DNA of 64,000 nucleotides from Hydrolagus colliei (Eukaryota): NCBI GenBank assembly GCA_035084275.1, contig CM068750.1, forward strand, positions 9,734,001-9,798,000, written 5' to 3'. This document shows positions 62,916 through 64,000 of this stretch, piece after piece; positions within the stretch are counted from its first letter, which is position 1, and every line of letters begins with the position of its first letter. The translations under genes were made by a program, and so were the position numbers. The notes beneath the pieces were generated by a model. The model searched no databases, was not told where the DNA came from, and saw nothing but the letters and a program-made list of their open reading frames with translations.

Positions 62916-64000
62916 GTTTCAATGTTCCTGTACATCCTCTTCCAAGTAGGAGAAGCACTTGGGTTAAAGGTTCTCCATTCCCAGCTCGAGTGTTACTGCA
63001 GTCAGCTAGCAAGAAGTGTGATTTAATGGCATCAGGAGTTCGATGGTATTCCCTTTCTTTCCTCCTCTGTCAAACAAAAATACAACACTCTTCTTTGTGT
63101 TCTTTTCCATTTAGTCGTCTGACAGATAACTGACCAAATAGCCGACTGAATGAAAGCAGGTCTGAACGACATGCTGCCCTGTGGCTTGAACTCTTAACTT
63201 TCTGTTTGGTAGCCAAGCATTCAACTGCTTGAAAAACTGGCCACCCTATGTCAACTGATCTGTTCACACAAGTCAGCCACTCCACGAGTTGAAGAAATAT
63301 ACTATATGAATTGGTAAACAAACAGCGAGGGATATACTCAGCTATTCGTCAAAATCACAAATGGCCTCATACTCATATCCTTCATTGTACTGAATGTTTC
63401 AAAACACCAAACTTTGATGTTGTGTTTTGTACGAAACTGTGCTGCAATTAATCACTTTAGTTAACAAACAAAATGTAAGCCTGTGATATTCACGATGCAG
63501 AATCGTCATCGATGTTATGGTTTGAAACATTATAATAAATATTTCACTAAATTAAAATCAATAAATAATCATATGCACATGACAAGTGGAAGTTTATAGA
63601 TGAGATGTTGCTCACTTGCCTTGAGTGATGATCTGAAATCTAAATAAAGCAATGCAAACTTTCTAAATAAGACTTGGCTTTCAGTTTTGATTACAATATG
63701 TGACAAATGCAGCACTCGAATATTTATTTTAAATAACAAGGAACTGACAGCTCTTGTTGGGAAAGTGTTTCTCAAAATACAGAAAGTTGTAGGTGGATAT
63801 TTGTTTAATCAATATCATAGTTGGCACTCGCTTACACCTACGGAGGCCGATTCCACTCCCAGCTATTGAATTGCATTTTCCTAAATCGCACTTTTAATCT
63901 CATCTCTCAAGAATGTCATGCTGCTCGTGAGTACTATTCTTGTACGAGCCTGGAGAGGCTAAGGGACACAAGCAAGAATGCTGAAAAACTGGGTCAGGCC

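Overview
Eukaryotic (vertebrate) genomic DNA containing the 3' half of a MEIS2 TALE-homeobox gene on the + strand. Visible coding exons are 5722-5867, 24778-24854, 45309-45367, 47144/47165-47254 and 50000-50286 (stop), separated by ~19-20 kb and ~2-3 kb introns, followed by a ~1.1 kb 3' UTR ending near AATAAA 51383. The window starts inside an intron, so the 5' exons are absent. The repeats (tRNA-headed Deu-type SINEs, L2-type and CR1 3' ends, a pogo/Tigger-like MITE) suggest a cartilaginous fish, probably a chimaera; this is inference. Main observations: (1) a GC splice donor followed by an open 81-nt in-frame extension with a second GT donor and a stop codon overlapping AATAAA; (2) four N blocks that look like masking of conserved sequence, one apparently hiding the alternative penultimate Meis2 exon; (3) a ~9 kb CpG-retaining domain just downstream of the gene with a promoter-like motif cluster; (4) several intronic hairpins, including a perfect 25-bp stem; (5) clusters of TALE/Hox sites. 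Nearly all other ORFs in the track are noise. No prokaryotic-type system is present, and no wholly new system can be established from sequence alone. Exon numbers follow mammalian MEIS2 from memory.
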